This document shows, one piece after another, positions 29,691-39,085 of a stretch of DNA of 64,000 bases. The DNA comes from Candidatus Latescibacterota bacterium (GTDB lineage: Bacteria > Latescibacterota > UBA2968 > UBA8231), in contig CBDCDC010000002.1 of NCBI GenBank assembly GCA_965215195.1, positions 2,464,001 through 2,528,000 of the forward strand. Direction: 5' to 3'. The position numbers were made by a program, and so were the translations under genes. Position 1 is the first letter of the stretch. Every line of letters starts with the position of its first letter. Under the pieces are notes generated by a model. The model made no database searches and had not been told where the DNA came from. It saw nothing but the letters and a program-made list of their open reading frames with translations.

Positions 29691-30440
29691 CTACTGTATT
29701 TCCAACATATCCTCGTAGCGCAGCCCGCTGCCTCCGAAAATATCCAGTGCCGCTCCCACCGTAAAATCCAATTTCCCTTGGCCGAGCCGGCCGATAATCT
29801 CGATGTCCGCGGTGCTGCACACGCCGCCGGCGTACGTCGTTGGGATGGGCGCGATCTCGCCCAAGAGCGCCACGAGTTCGGCATCAACCCCCTGCTGCTT
29901 GCCTTCGACCCCGGTGGCGTGAATGAGGAATTCGCTGCAAGACTCGGCGAGAAGCGCCAAGTGGTCCGCGCTAAGTGCAAAATCCGTGGCCTTTTGCCAG
30001 CGGTCGGTCACCACCACGTAGCGCCCATCGCGTTTGCTGCAACTGAGGTCTAAGACCAGCTGGTCGCGCCCCACCGCAGCCACCATGTGCGCCAGCCGAC
30101 TGCGGTGGAGCTGGCCGTCGCTAAAGACGTATGAAGTGACGATCACCTGCGCGGCACCGCGGCCGAGCCAAGCCGCCGCATTGTGCGGGCGGATGCCGCC
30201 GCCGACCTGCAAGCCCCCGGGGAAGGCGGCCAACGCCTGCGCGGCCGCGCCCTCGTTGCCCGGGCCGAGCATGATGACGTGGCCGCCAGCGAGCTGGTCG
30301 CGGCCATAGCGCGCTGCAAAGTACTCAGGAGGATGGGGGGCAATGAAGTGGGTTTGGGGGAGCGCGCCGTCGCGCAAGCTGGTGCCGACGATCTGCTTGA
30401 CCCGCCCTTCGTGCAGGTCGATACAGGGCCGGAAGCGCAT
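29691..30440 (-). CDS. hisA: ProFAR isomerase, eukaryote-type (His6-like) HisA
   Basis: MRFRPCIDLH.G.VKQIVG, GGHVIMLG, LQVGGGI, VIVTSYVF, LVLDLSC, EFLIH...VEG, TYAGG, ALDIFGG. Confidence 0.92.
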   Translation of the reverse strand: MRFRPCIDLHEGRVKQIVGTSLRDGALPQTHFIAPHPPEYFAARYGRDQLAGGHVIMLGPGNEGAAAQALAAFPGGLQVGGGIRPHNAAAWLGRGAAQVIVTSYVFSDGQLHRSRLAHMVAAVGRDQLVLDLSCSKRDGRYVVVTDRWQKATDFALSADHLALLAESCSEFLIHATGVEGKQQGVDAELVALLGEIAPIPTTYAGGVCSTADIEIIGRLGQGKLDFTVGAALDIFGGSGLRYEDMLEIQ

Positions 30441-31537
30441 TAGCTGTCGCAGCGGTACTCTGCGAGTGCGTCCTCGTCGAGGGTGACGCCGAGGCCCGGG
30501 CCGGCGGGTGGGCGGATGTACCCGTCGGCGATGGGCAGCTTTTCGCGGATGACGTCCCCGCGGTGATAGACGCAGCCGTTCACGTCGCTGGCGTAGCCCA
30601 AGTTGGGCATGGCAAAGGCGAGGTGGGCTTGGGCGGCCGTGCCGATCCCCAGCTCGGGCATGCTGCCGATGATACAGGGCAGGCGCGCCGCTTCGGCAAT
30701 GGCGAAAATGCGCGCGGCTGACCCCAAGCCGCCGGCTTCGGACACGTACACGTTGAAGACATCAACGGCTTGGTGGCGGACGCAGTTGAGGGCGTCGGCC
30801 GGCGTCCAAACGCTCTCGTCGGCCATGATGGGCAGGGAGACGCGCTCGCGGACAAAGCGCAGCCCGTCTAAGTCGTCGGCCGCTAAGGGCTGCTCGACCA
30901 GTTCCAAGTCAAAATCCGCGATCGCTTCGATGCTGCGCACGGCTTCCTTGGCGGAGGGCCAGCCCATGTTGGCATCTACGCGCAAGACGACCTCGCTGCC
31001 GACTGCGCTGCGCACGGCTGCGAGCACGGCTAGGTCGGCGCGAAGGTCCCGCCCGATCTTGGCCTTGAGGGTCTTGTACCCTTGTGCCACCAGACTTTGG
31101 GCTTGGGCGGCGATGGCTGTGGGGTCGCCCATGGACAGCGAATGACTCAGCAACACGCGGTCGCGGACTAGGCCGCCCAGCAGTTGGTACACGGGCACGT
31201 CGCAGGCTTTGCCGACCAAGTCGTAGAGGGCCATTTCAATGCCGGCCTTGGCCGGGAAGGAGCGGTGCAAGGCTTGATTCATGCGGTCGGCGATCGCACG
31301 GATGCAGCGCGGGTCCAAGCCGCAAAGCACATCGGCGAGCAGCCCGTTGATGGCCTCGCTTTCCCCGCGGCCGCGGCGGTCCCAGATGCTGGAGGCTTCG
31401 CCGAGGCCGGTGAGGCCGGCGTCGGTGTGAATTAAGACGACCGCGTTTTCAGAGGCTTGGTGCGTGCCGAGGCTGCTTTGGAAAGGCTGCGGCCTTGGCA
31501 CGCGCACGGGTATGGCTTCGACGCGGGTGATTTTCAC
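30440..31537 (-). CDS. Muconate cycloisomerase/dipeptide epimerase-like enolase superfamily enzyme
   Basis: LKAKIG, RVDAN, VEQP, MADES, P.GPGLG. Confidence 0.88.
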   Translation of the reverse strand: MKITRVEAIPVRVPRPQPFQSSLGTHQASENAVVLIHTDAGLTGLGEASSIWDRRGRGESEAINGLLADVLCGLDPRCIRAIADRMNQALHRSFPAKAGIEMALYDLVGKACDVPVYQLLGGLVRDRVLLSHSLSMGDPTAIAAQAQSLVAQGYKTLKAKIGRDLRADLAVLAAVRSAVGSEVVLRVDANMGWPSAKEAVRSIEAIADFDLELVEQPLAADDLDGLRFVRERVSLPIMADESVWTPADALNCVRHQAVDVFNVYVSEAGGLGSAARIFAIAEAARLPCIIGSMPELGIGTAAQAHLAFAMPNLGYASDVNGCVYHRGDVIREKLPIADGYIRPPAGPGLGVTLDEDALAEYRCDS

Positions 31538-31540
31538 GGG

Positions 31541-32104
31541 TCAGGTGAGGCGATAGATGCTGAGGGCGGTGTTGCCGTAGGTCCGCTGCTGGGCGAGCGC
31601 GAGGTGGCCGCTGTGCTCGGGCACGTCCAAGTCGACTTGGTGCTGCACGAACAGCAGGCCCTCGTCGTTAAAGAGCGCGGATTCCCCGAGGGCTTCAATT
31701 AGGCCCAGCAGGAGCGGGGCACCGCAGTAGCGGGCGTGGTACGGGGGGTCGGCGTACACGATGTCGAAGCGGTGGCCAGCCGCTGCCAATTGGGGGATGA
31801 GGTGTTGGGCCTTGAGCGAGTGCAGGCCGGCGACGCCGGCTCTCCATTGGTAGAGCAGCGTGCGGATCTGCCGCCGCCGCCGATGATCTGGCTCGTTGAG
31901 CTCGACGCTCGCGCCCCGGCTCAGTGCTTCGAGCCCCATCTGGCCCGAGCCAGCACACAGGTCGAGGAAGGCACGGTCCTTCAGATCCGGGCCGAGCATG
32001 GAGAATACGGCTTCCTTGAGGCGCGTCGAAGTGAGGCGTATCTGGCGCAGGCGTCGCCCGGAGGGAATCTGCCGACCGCGATAGGTGCCAGTGACAATGC
32101 GCAC
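31541..32104 (-). CDS. rsmD: 16S rRNA m2G966 methyltransferase (RsmD family)
   Basis: MRIVTG.YRGR, LDLCAGSGQMGLEALSRGA, DPPY, YGNT.L. Confidence 0.85.
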   Translation of the reverse strand: MRIVTGTYRGRQIPSGRRLRQIRLTSTRLKEAVFSMLGPDLKDRAFLDLCAGSGQMGLEALSRGASVELNEPDHRRRRQIRTLLYQWRAGVAGLHSLKAQHLIPQLAAAGHRFDIVYADPPYHARYCGAPLLLGLIEALGESALFNDEGLLFVQHQVDLDVPEHSGHLALAQQRTYGNTALSIYRLT

Positions 32105-32170
32105 GGGTAAGCCTCGAGTTGGGGTTGATTGAGACGAAAAAGTATCGCGGTTGGGGCTAGCCGCGTCAAG

Positions 32171-32197
32171 CAGGGGCGATTCGCGAACCGCCCCTAC
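32171..32197. repeat. REP-like palindrome
   Basis: CAGGGGCGATTCGCGAACCGCCCCTAC, a GTAG-type REP-like hairpin in a divergent intergenic region. Confidence 0.55.
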
Positions 32198-32230
32198 CTA
32201 CGGATCGCTCTAACCACTATAATCAAGCTA

Positions 32231-33379
32231 ATGATCACAGAACAATACGACGTCATCGTCGCCGGGGCCGGCGGCATGGGCAGTGCCGCGCTCTACCACT
32301 TGGCCCGCCGCGGCGTACGCGTTTGCGCTGTAGAGCGCTTTGGGCTAGCTCACGACCGGGGGTCTTCGCACGGGGACACCCGCATCATCCGCAAAGCCTA
32401 TATGGAGCATCCCGACTACGTGCCCCTGTTGCACCGGGCCTACGCGCTGTGGGAGGAGCTAGAGGCCGAAGAAGCCGGGGAACTCTTTGCCCGCGTCGGG
32501 CTGCTAGTGGCGGGCGATCCCACCGCAGAGGCCATGCGGGGGCAGGCGGCCTGCTATCAGGCGTACGATCTGCCGCACGAGGAACTCGATGCGGCAGCCA
32601 TTGTCTCGCGCTACCGAGGCTTGGCTTTGCCGGCCGAGTGGAGTGGCTTTTACGATCCCTTGGGCGGCTTTCTCCGGGTCGAGGACTGCGTCCGTCGGCA
32701 CGTCGCGTTGGCCCGCAAGCACGGCGCAAAGCTCTACGCCGGGGAGGCCATGCTGTCGTGGCGGCGCGAAGGCAAAGGAGTGGTAGTGGAAACCGAGCGA
32801 CGGCGCTTGCTCGCGGCGCGGTTGGTGCTGGCGACCGGGGCTTGGGCCGTGCCGGAGCTATGCCGGCTGGGCGTCGCGGCGTGCGTAGTGCGCAAGGTGC
32901 AGTTGTGGTACCAAGGGCGCGGCGTGGACCAGTACGCGCACGGCGCGTTCCCCTGCTTCTTCATCGCCGACGGCGAACACTACTTCTATGGTTTTCCCGC
33001 CCAAGCGCCGTGGGGCCTAAAGTTGGCCGAGCACAACGTGTCGCACGACCCGGTAGCCGACCCGCTCGGCCTCAATCGCGCATTGACTGCCGGCGATCAG
33101 CCCTGCGTCCTCGATTTTCTCGCGCGATTTTTCCCTGCATTGCAACCAGCGCTGAGCAAACACGCGGTCTGCATGTATTCGCTGACGCCGGATAAGCACT
33201 TCGTCTTGGACATCCATCCCGAATGCTCGGCCGTGGTGCTAGGGGCGGGTTTTTCCGGCCACGGCTTCAAATTTGCGCCAGTGGTGGGCGAAATTCTAGC
33301 TGAATTGGCACTGGAAGGCGATACTAAACATCCCATCGAATTCCTGCGTCTTTCCCGTTTTGCACAGAGGAGGTCGTAA
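32231..33379 (+). CDS. solA: N-methyl-L-tryptophan oxidase / monomeric sarcosine oxidase family
   Basis: GAGGMGS, HDRGSSHGDTRIIRKAY, CMYS.TPD, GFSGHGFKF. Confidence 0.88.
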   Translation: MITEQYDVIVAGAGGMGSAALYHLARRGVRVCAVERFGLAHDRGSSHGDTRIIRKAYMEHPDYVPLLHRAYALWEELEAEEAGELFARVGLLVAGDPTAEAMRGQAACYQAYDLPHEELDAAAIVSRYRGLALPAEWSGFYDPLGGFLRVEDCVRRHVALARKHGAKLYAGEAMLSWRREGKGVVVETERRRLLAARLVLATGAWAVPELCRLGVAACVVRKVQLWYQGRGVDQYAHGAFPCFFIADGEHYFYGFPAQAPWGLKLAEHNVSHDPVADPLGLNRALTAGDQPCVLDFLARFFPALQPALSKHAVCMYSLTPDKHFVLDIHPECSAVVLGAGFSGHGFKFAPVVGEILAELALEGDTKHPIEFLRLSRFAQRRS

Positions 33380-34156
33380 ATGGATCTAGGACTGAAAGAC
33401 AAAATTGCCCTGATAACTGGAGGGAGTCGGGGGATTGGCCGGGCCATTGCGTTGGCGCTGGCCAACGAGGGGTGCAAGGTGGCGATTTGCGCCCGCAGCC
33501 AAGAGCCGCTCGAACGCGCCTTGCAGCAGGTGCGGGCGACTGGGGCCGAAGCCATCGCCGCGGTCGCCGACGTGCGCTCGCGCAAGGACGTGGAGGCCGT
33601 TGTTGCGCGCTGTGCGGCCGAGTGGGGAGGCGTGGATATTTTGGTCAACAATGTAGGTGGGGCGGCTGGCGGACAGAGCCTGCTCGAAACCGCGGATGAG
33701 GACTGGGAGGAAACTTTTGACCTAAACGCGCTCCACGCCGTGCGCACGACGCGGGCGGCCCTGCCCTACATGCGGCAGCGCGGTGGGGGCGCGGTGGTGA
33801 TCGTCTCGTCGATCTCGGGGTGGAAGCCCGGACCTAAATCACAGTATGGAAGCGCGAAGGCCGCGGAGATTTTTCTCGCCGGTGCGCTGGCACTGGAGCT
33901 GGCCGAATGCGGGGTGCGGGTCAATGCGGTCGCGCCCGGGTCGATATTTTTTGCCGGCGGTGGATGGGCGCGTTTTCAGGCGGAACAGCCCGAGCGCTTT
34001 GCACAGTTTGTGGACCGGGAGTTTCCCGCCGGGCGCTTGGGGACGCCAGAAGAGGTGGCGGATGTGGTGGCGTTTCTGGTGTCCGAGCGCGCGAATTGGA
34101 TCAACGGAGCGATGATCCCGGTGGATGGGGCGCAGGGCCGGCCGACGGCTTTTTGA
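33380..34156 (+). CDS. SDR family oxidoreductase
   Basis: TGGSRGIG, NNVG, YGSAK. Confidence 0.92.
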   Translation: MDLGLKDKIALITGGSRGIGRAIALALANEGCKVAICARSQEPLERALQQVRATGAEAIAAVADVRSRKDVEAVVARCAAEWGGVDILVNNVGGAAGGQSLLETADEDWEETFDLNALHAVRTTRAALPYMRQRGGGAVVIVSSISGWKPGPKSQYGSAKAAEIFLAGALALELAECGVRVNAVAPGSIFFAGGGWARFQAEQPERFAQFVDREFPAGRLGTPEEVADVVAFLVSERANWINGAMIPVDGAQGRPTAF

Positions 34157-34253
34157 CGGGCAGGTGCTCAACCGCAATCAACGCAGTAGGGTGAGCTTGC
34201 GCGTTAAAGAGTCTCTTTTTCGGACAGACAGGGGTGTTCGGTGGAGAAGCTCG

Positions 34254-34644
34254 TCAGCGCGATGGGACGATGCGAAATTGGCGCTTGCCGTCGATGCGGT
34301 AGGTCTCGAAGTCGTCGTGATCGATGGTAAAGATCGCAGTAAGCGATTCCCGTTTGGCCAGATGCACTAGCGTTGCGTCGGCGAAATCCATCGGTCGGTC
34401 GTCGTAGCGTTTCATCAGACGCTCCAGATCCGGCAGGTCTGCATCTGTTATGGCACCGGAGCGCAGAAAACGCCAAGCGGCGTTGAGTGCTGGTCGATGA
34501 TCCCCTAGCGGCAAGTACGGCCGCGCTAGTGGCCAACGGCAGCCGCAAAGACGGAAACGCCTCGACACACCGGTCGTGCCACTGGTCGTCGGCATCCAGC
34601 AAGGCTAGGATCGTTCCCGTATCGATCAGACCCTTAGCCCGCAC
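34254..34644 (-). pseudogene. Frameshifted PIN-domain toxin (VapC-like)
   Basis: N-half LIDTG..LALLDADD.WH in one frame, C-half YDDRPMDFADATLV...IFTIDHDDF..YR in another. Shift near 34510. Confidence 0.8.
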
Positions 34645-34912
34645 GGCGTTGTTGTAGCTGGTCGCGAACCCGTTGCCCGACCTGCTGTGAACGGAGGGAA
34701 TCGCCGCCCCGGATGGTGCCAAAGGTCTGCATGGCGGCTTTGCGAAGCGCGTCTTGTATTTCGTCGTCCCCAGCTTCCTCTTGGTCGAGCCACTCGGACA
34801 CGATCTGGTCGAGCAGTTGGGCTACGCTCGTCTTATGGGCTCGGGCCGCGGCTTCAAGATCGTTTTTCACTTCGGGCGAGACGCGCCAGCTATATACTTC
34901 GCTTTTGTTCAT
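34634..34912 (-). CDS. Putative antitoxin (ribbon-helix-helix-like)
   Basis: MNKSEVYSWRVSPEVK..LE.AAR....SVAQLL. Overlaps the start of the PIN gene. TTGCAA-17-TACACT promoter ends 7 nt before ATG. Confidence 0.7.
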   Translation of the reverse strand: MNKSEVYSWRVSPEVKNDLEAAARAHKTSVAQLLDQIVSEWLDQEEAGDDEIQDALRKAAMQTFGTIRGGDSLRSQQVGQRVRDQLQQRRAG

Positions 34913-35077
34913 GTAGTACAGTGTAGCACGTAGATGATGCCATTGCAAACAAGTACATGCCGGTTCCATGCGATGCAATCAGCGCAGCAGGGTGAGCTTG
35001 CGCGTTAAAATTTGCTCGGCGGTCACTAGCCTGTACAATTTGTTCATCCAAGAAGGCGTCGAAATCAGCGGACGCTC

Positions 35078-35860
35078 TCACCCCTGAAACAGCGACAGGG
35101 CCCCATCGACGTACATCTCGGTGCCGGTGATGTAGCTAGCTTCGTCCGAGGCCAAAAAGACAATGGCGTTGGCGACCTCCTCGGCGCTGGCCGCGCGTTG
35201 TTGCAGGGGGATCATGCCTTGGGGGAACTCGCGGGGAATGCGGATCTTGTCGATGTCGCGGGGGAAGGTATTCTCGCCAATGCTGGTTTTGGTGGCCCCG
35301 GGGCAGACCACATTGATGCGGATGTCCCACTGCGCTAGCTCAACTGCGGCCATTTTGGCGAAGGTAACTTGGGCGGCCTTGGAGCAGGAATACGAAGTGA
35401 AGCCGAAGTTGGAGAAGATGCGGTTGCCGTTGACCGAAGAGACGACGACGATGCTGCCACCGCCGGCTGCGCGCAGGTGGGGGATGGCGTATTTGACGGT
35501 GAGGAAGGTGCCGCGCACGTTGATGTTGTGGGTCTGGTCCCACTCCTCGGGCGTGATGTCCTCGATGGGAGCGAAGACCCCGTTGATGCCGGCGTTGGGC
35601 ACCGCGATGTCGAGGCGGCCCCAGCGCTCAACGGTCGCGGCCACCAGTCCGGCCACGTGCTCAGCGTTAGCCACGTCGCCGGGCAGGGCCAAGGCTTGGC
35701 CGCCAAGTCCCTCGATTTCGGCTACGGCTTCCTCGCAGCGCTCGGCGCGGCGGGCCGTCAGCGCGATGTTGGCTCCTTCGCGGGCCATAGCTACGGCCGC
35801 GGCCCGGCCAATGCCGCTGCTGCCCCCGGTGATGAGGGCCACTCTGTCCTTCAGTTTCAT
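35078..35860 (-). CDS. SDR family oxidoreductase
   Basis: TGGSSGIG, NAGING, YSCSK. Confidence 0.92.
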   Translation of the reverse strand: MKLKDRVALITGGSSGIGRAAAVAMAREGANIALTARRAERCEEAVAEIEGLGGQALALPGDVANAEHVAGLVAATVERWGRLDIAVPNAGINGVFAPIEDITPEEWDQTHNINVRGTFLTVKYAIPHLRAAGGGSIVVVSSVNGNRIFSNFGFTSYSCSKAAQVTFAKMAAVELAQWDIRINVVCPGATKTSIGENTFPRDIDKIRIPREFPQGMIPLQQRAASAEEVANAIVFLASDEASYITGTEMYVDGALSLFQG

Positions 35861-35897
35861 GTCGATCTCCTTAGTTGACGAAAAGGTGGGTGGAATG

Positions 35898-36512
35898 TCA
35901 TTGGTCGGGCGTGAGCGTCCTCAACCGCTTCAGAAACGCCTTAGCGTGCGGACATGCGGCTTTGACGCGAGCGGGATCAACCTGCGCCAACAACTCAAAC
36001 GAGATCTTGCCCTTGGCATAGCGTTTAGAGCAATTGGCGGTGGCGCATTCGAGCGCGTTGAGGACCGTCGTCTTGGATACGTCTTCCAACTGCGGCCATT
36101 GCCTGAGCGCGTTCTCCCCAAACTTTGCGCCAAAATAACGCTTCAATGAATTGCGATCCGCCAGCAACCACGTCTCCATGATCTGCACCATCAGAAAGGC
36201 TTGGTCGTCGCCAGTGCCTGGCGGCCGGTTCCAGCCATCGCGTGCTTGCAGGTGCTGCCAAACTGAGTGCCTCGCCGCAACGCGAGCCTCGCTGTCCACG
36301 AGGAGGAGCGGTACGCGTCTTGGGTCGGGGTGCTCAATCGCCTTTGCAAAAAGGTCAAAGGTTCGATTTCGTCCGCCTCCGCGCACGACTCGCGGCAGAT
36401 GGCCTTGCAACCCGGCGGTTTCAAAGAACTTTGCCCACGAGCGGCGGAAAAGGCGTTCGAGGTCTCGACTGCCGTCGCCACCGCCTTCAATGTAAATCTC
36501 GACACTCACCAC
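35898..36512 (-). CDS. DUF4276 family protein (TOPRIM-like)
   Basis: IYIEGGG, GGR...F, LLVDSE, MVQ.ME.W.LAD, Y.KG. Confidence 0.75.
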   Translation of the reverse strand: MVSVEIYIEGGGDGSRDLERLFRRSWAKFFETAGLQGHLPRVVRGGGRNRTFDLFAKAIEHPDPRRVPLLLVDSEARVAARHSVWQHLQARDGWNRPPGTGDDQAFLMVQIMETWLLADRNSLKRYFGAKFGENALRQWPQLEDVSKTTVLNALECATANCSKRYAKGKISFELLAQVDPARVKAACPHAKAFLKRLRTLTPDQ

Positions 36513-37714
36513 CGATTACCGCCGAGTTGCCCCGAACCCCAGAGATCGCCGAGGCTGTAGGTGTCCAACCAAGCCTTCAATCTCGCGCTGTCCAACCGCT
36601 CGAACCGCGATTCGCCATTCTCCTGCTCGCACACTACGACGCTCGATGGATAGTCGGTCAGCGCGTCAACCAACATGCTCGAGTGGGTAGTGACCACGAT
36701 CTGCATACGCTGAGAGGCATTGACGAGTAATTCCGCAACGTGAGCGACCACGTCGGGATGAAGGCCCAACTCCGGCTCCTCGATGGCCACCAAAGAAGGC
36801 GGCTCGGGATGCAGCAAAACGGCCAGCAAGCAGAGGTAGCGCAGGGTGCCGTCGGACAGGCGGCTCGCTGGAATCTGGCGTCCGTCCCGTTCCTCCAAGA
36901 AAAGCGACACCGTCCCGCCCGTCACCGGGCAGTTGACGTCCACGATGCCGTCAAAGAGTTCCTGCAATGCCGCGACGAATCTCCTCTTGTGCTCCCCTTG
37001 GAAGTGCGATAGCACGAGGGCTAAATTCGTCCCGCCTTCGTTCAGAAAATCGGAGCGATCGTGCGTACTCTGGTCCCGGCGCAACTCTGCCGCAGGCCCG
37101 AAGGACCAATTTCGGTACAGGCGAATTCGCTCGTACTGCTCCTGTAGGCAGTACAGGGCGGGGTACATTTGTGCGTCGCGGACCTGAGACAGAACGGATT
37201 CTTCCGGCTTTGTTCTCTCGTGGGAAATAGTCAGGCCAAGCGGTTCAGATTTGATGGTAATGGAGCCAGATAGGATAGGACGGGAAGATGTCCTTTGGTC
37301 TCTCGGCTCAGTCTGGACATCGAACGTGTGATGCCCCTGCTGAAGGCGATAGGAGAACTCGGTCTCTGCACATTCGACGCGCTCGTCGGTGACTTCAAAG
37401 CGTCCGCCGCGTTCGGTGAATTCCAGCACGTGTCGCAAGGGACTATCCTTCTCGGGATCATTGACGACGGCTTTTATCGTTGCCTTGCGAGGTGACTCAG
37501 CACCCTTCCAGAGCCATTCCCAGATTCCGCCGCCTCGCTCGATAGGTCTCGCCAGTTCACGCGGCGCAGCCCTCAGCAATGCCAACACTTCCAGTAGGTT
37601 TGACTTCCCCGAACCATTCGGGCCGATCAGGACGTTCAGCGGTTCCATGGGCAGCTCAATTCCCTGCGGCCCGAAGGACAATAGCCCCGACACCTTCAGT
37701 TTATGTATCGTCAT
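36506..37714 (-). CDS. AAA_21/ABC-type ATPase
   Basis: Walker A GPNGSGKS, signature LSDGT, Walker B IEEPE.GLHP, H-loop TTHS. Confidence 0.9.
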   Translation of the reverse strand: MTIHKLKVSGLLSFGPQGIELPMEPLNVLIGPNGSGKSNLLEVLALLRAAPRELARPIERGGGIWEWLWKGAESPRKATIKAVVNDPEKDSPLRHVLEFTERGGRFEVTDERVECAETEFSYRLQQGHHTFDVQTEPRDQRTSSRPILSGSITIKSEPLGLTISHERTKPEESVLSQVRDAQMYPALYCLQEQYERIRLYRNWSFGPAAELRRDQSTHDRSDFLNEGGTNLALVLSHFQGEHKRRFVAALQELFDGIVDVNCPVTGGTVSLFLEERDGRQIPASRLSDGTLRYLCLLAVLLHPEPPSLVAIEEPELGLHPDVVAHVAELLVNASQRMQIVVTTHSSMLVDALTDYPSSVVVCEQENGESRFERLDSARLKAWLDTYSLGDLWGSGQLGGNRW

Positions 37715-37755
37715 ACCGGCTCCTCGTCCAGCATCTGCCGCGCATAGGGTCAAAG

Positions 37756-37784
37756 TTGACGGAAAAATGCGGGCGGAATATCAT
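37756..37784 (+). promoter_or_regulatory. Sigma70-type promoter
   Basis: TTGACG-17 nt-TATCAT upstream of the 37824-44212 gene run. Confidence 0.55.
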
Positions 37785-37823
37785 TGGAACCCTAAAATAC
37801 ATCCAGCGAAAGCAGAGGCAATA

Positions 37824-39083
37824 ATGGAAGAAAATGTGAACGCGCACTCCCGACCCTCGGATCTAAAGATCACGGATATGCGCGTCGCCAATGTGCGCGG
37901 TGCGCCGTTCCGCGCAACGCTCGTCCGCATCGACACCAACGAGGGCCTCTCGGGCTACGGCGAGGTGCGCGACGGCGGCAGCCCGACCTACGCGCTGATG
38001 CTCAAAAGCCGCTTGCTCGGGGAAAACCCCTGCAACGTCGATAAGCTCTTCCGCAAGATCAAACAATTCGGCCACCACGCGCGCCAAGCCGGCGGCGTCT
38101 GCGGCGTCGAAATGGCGCTGATGGATTTGGCGGGCAAAGCCTATGGTGTGCCGGCCTACCAACTAGCCGGCGGCAAATTCCGCGACCGGATCCTCTGCTA
38201 CTGCGATACCCCCACGCGGCGCGACGGGCGGGACATGGGGCAGTTGCTCAAGGAGCGGATGGAGCGGGGGTTCAAATTCCTCAAAATGGACGTCGGCATT
38301 GGCTTGCTGCGGGGAGTCGAAGACGCGCTGATCGCCCCGCCGGGCATGCTGGAAAACCACGCCATCATGCACCCATTTACCGGGATCCAGATTACCAACA
38401 AGGGCATCGACATCCTCTGCGAATACGTGGCGCAGGTGCGCGAAGCCATAGGCTATGAAGTTCCCTTGGCCGTCGATCACTTCGGCCACATCGGCGTCGA
38501 GTCCTGCATCCGCTTGGGCAAGGCACTCGATCAGTTCAGCCTAGCTTGGTACGAGGACATGATCCCCTGGCAGTTGGCCGACCAGTGGCAGCGGCTCGCC
38601 GAGGCCGTGGCGACGCCCGTATGCACGGGCGAGGACATCTATCTCAAGGAAAACTTCCTGCCCCTGTTTGAACGGCGCGCCATTGCCGTCGTCCACCCGG
38701 ACTTGGCTTCTTCCGGTGGGATTCTCGAGACCAAAAAGATCGGCGACCTAGCGCAGGAGCACGGCATTGCCATGGCCCTGCACATGGCCATGTCGCCGGT
38801 AGCGGCATTAGCTTCGGTGCATTGCGCGGCCGCGACCGAAAACTTCATGGTGCTCGAAAACCACTCGGTCGATCAATTAGAACAGTGGAGCAGCTTGGTC
38901 GAGGGCTTGCCAGTGCCCCTGATTGAGGACGGGCACATTGCGGTGCCAGAGGGGCCGGGGCTGGGCTTTAGCGGCCTCAACGAAGAAGTGCTGCGGTCGT
39001 TTGCCGATCCCGACCAGCCGGAGATTTTTGGCCCCACCAAAGAGTGGGACGACGAGCGGCCACACGACCGCTTGTGGAGCTAA
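37824..39083 (+). CDS. Mandelate racemase/muconate lactonizing enzyme family protein
   Basis: GYGEVRDG, EMALMDLAGKA, LKMD, DHFGH, WYED, TGED, GPGLG. Confidence 0.92.
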   Translation: MEENVNAHSRPSDLKITDMRVANVRGAPFRATLVRIDTNEGLSGYGEVRDGGSPTYALMLKSRLLGENPCNVDKLFRKIKQFGHHARQAGGVCGVEMALMDLAGKAYGVPAYQLAGGKFRDRILCYCDTPTRRDGRDMGQLLKERMERGFKFLKMDVGIGLLRGVEDALIAPPGMLENHAIMHPFTGIQITNKGIDILCEYVAQVREAIGYEVPLAVDHFGHIGVESCIRLGKALDQFSLAWYEDMIPWQLADQWQRLAEAVATPVCTGEDIYLKENFLPLFERRAIAVVHPDLASSGGILETKKIGDLAQEHGIAMALHMAMSPVAALASVHCAAATENFMVLENHSVDQLEQWSSLVEGLPVPLIEDGHIAVPEGPGLGFSGLNEEVLRSFADPDQPEIFGPTKEWDDERPHDRLWS

Positions 39084-39085
39084 AC

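Noticed and set aside
37389-37823. Long N-terminal extensions in the ORF track (also 7547, 9541, 11821, 32129, 41854, 51902)
   Set aside because: They overlap neighbouring genes or promoters. Downstream starts with RBS and family-typical N-termini were used instead.
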